DNA from: Lingula anatina
Lineage: Eukaryota > Animalia > Brachiopoda
Assembly (NCBI GenBank): GCA_051362555.1
Contig: CM120640.1
Coordinates: forward strand, 13,950,001 to 14,014,000
Length of the DNA: 64,000 nucleotides
Direction: 5' to 3'
A program made the translations under genes and the position numbers. The notes under the pieces were generated by a model, which did not search any database, was not told the origin of the DNA, and worked only from the letters and a program-made list of their open reading frames with translations. Below, in pieces: positions 62,561-64,000 of this stretch. Numbering within the stretch: position 1 is the stretch's first letter; every line of letters begins with the position of its first letter.

Positions 62561-64000
62561 ACTATGCGTAAAAGCTAAGCCAGTTTGATACAATTTCAGG
62601 CTAGGTAGTTATCTGACCGTGGTGATGTGTTGCATCATCCAAAACCTGGGCATTGATAATGATCAGGATAGGAAAATAAAGGAACAAAAATTTTTAAGGG
62701 ATTTCCCCCTAAATCCATTACCATCACATGTAGCAGCCTTGTGAAATCAGAACACAGTGAGTCGGGTGGAGACTAAAACCATGAGTACCACCAGTCCTCA
62801 TGCTGGTGGTATTATAAATAAATGCCAAGCTTTTAACTAGGAGTGTACAGTGCATTGATGCCTGCCGGATTTAATGTTTATCTGCTTTATGATTGCCAAT
62901 GCACCAGTTCTTAATAGAGATTGAAGTCAGATTGAATAAGAACTACTGCCTTTTACTGTTGACAGGTCCTTACAACAAAAAATGAGAGTATTGCATTTGT
63001 TATAGTTTTTTCTTTTTATTTTCTTATTAAAATTGTTATTTTTTACATCAATGTATATTTACCAGGATTGTTGGAAAAGTCAGTCTAATGTTGAGTGATA
63101 CTGTCGTACATATGAAGAATGTTTATTTTTAAGGAAGCAAGTTTGTAACATTGCTCTAATGATACAGGAACACCACCCACCTTCTACAAACATACAAGGT
63201 TTATGTTTTATTGCTCTATTTTTTATATATGTACATATTTGATGTGAAATAAAATGTTCCCAAACTGTGTTTGTGTGGTTGACAAGCAGGGCAGCTGATG
63301 GCTTGTCTGTATCTGATTAAAAGATGTTTCTGACACAGAATGTTTTTCATTTGTATGGTTTAAGTCCTGGAGGGTCTTTTCACATCAAACGTACTATCTT
63401 AAGCATTCTATCCTTAGCATTCTGTTTTAAGAGGAGCTACCATGTAATCCCACACTAGTGGACATGACTCCTCATAAATCAAGTGTTCACAGGCTTCCTG
63501 CTGGTTTTTTTTTTTTTTCTTTCTTCCCAGGTCAAAGTATTCAGGGTCAACCGTTTTTATCATCATTTTTGCAAGTCTACAAAACGTATGCTGGAAGGAG
63601 GGGGTTACACTTTTAGAAAAATAATAAAACGCGACCTTAATCTATAGGGGTGTGGTAGCAAAGGTAATAATTTTAGCTTTTCAATTTGTATTATCTGAAG
63701 GTGTGTGGGGGTCTGGGAAAAGTCTGCTCGTTGTAGACTTGTAAAAATGATAATATAATGGAAGACCCCTTCCAAAGGTTCTTAAACCTAAAAACCAGTA
63801 TTGTGGACAATAAGCAAGGCTAGTTGTTCTACCGACCAAAATTGATTGGCTGTTTGAAGAATGTAGGGTCCATTTTGGTGATTCTCTTACATGATGGTTA
63901 GGTTATCTAGCTGTCAATCTCAAAACTGAACACTAAAGGTGGGATGCTTAGAATGGAATGTTTGAAAAGAAAAGCCCCTCTGAGAAATGGTACATGTTAT

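Noticed and set aside
63165-63200. Possible MORC2 exon 2 (NTTH...)
   Set aside because: Continues LLQTY rather than EFLFGALAEL, and the splice phase does not fit.

Overview
AT-rich, CpG-depleted animal genomic DNA with GT-AG introns; an invertebrate, possibly lophotrochozoan, but the taxon is not determinable from this window. Five conserved genes were reconstructed by hand. (1) SGSM1/2, a RUN+TBC Rab-GAP (+, 21 exons, 506-35840, first exon outside the window). (2) MNT bHLH-ZIP repressor (-, 41380-47982). (3) TMEM248 (+, 49353-54376). (4) CUSTOS/C12orf43 (-, 56170-59218). (5) The first coding exon of MORC2 (+, 59699-59760). The most unusual feature is the 16-kb SGSM intron (14059-30025). It hosts three nested genes I cannot assign to a family: two divergently oriented paralogous ~9-TM membrane proteins sharing conserved intramembrane acidic/polar motifs, with an orphan disordered tail-anchored protein between them. 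Other observations: a candidate cassette exon, SGSM-MNT microsynteny as in human 17p13.3, an E-box cluster at MNT, HINE/Helentron-like elements (one carrying a ~146-bp tandem array), nested MITEs, a near-perfect 94-bp palindrome, a tRNA-like Pol III relic and a degenerate hammerhead-like motif.
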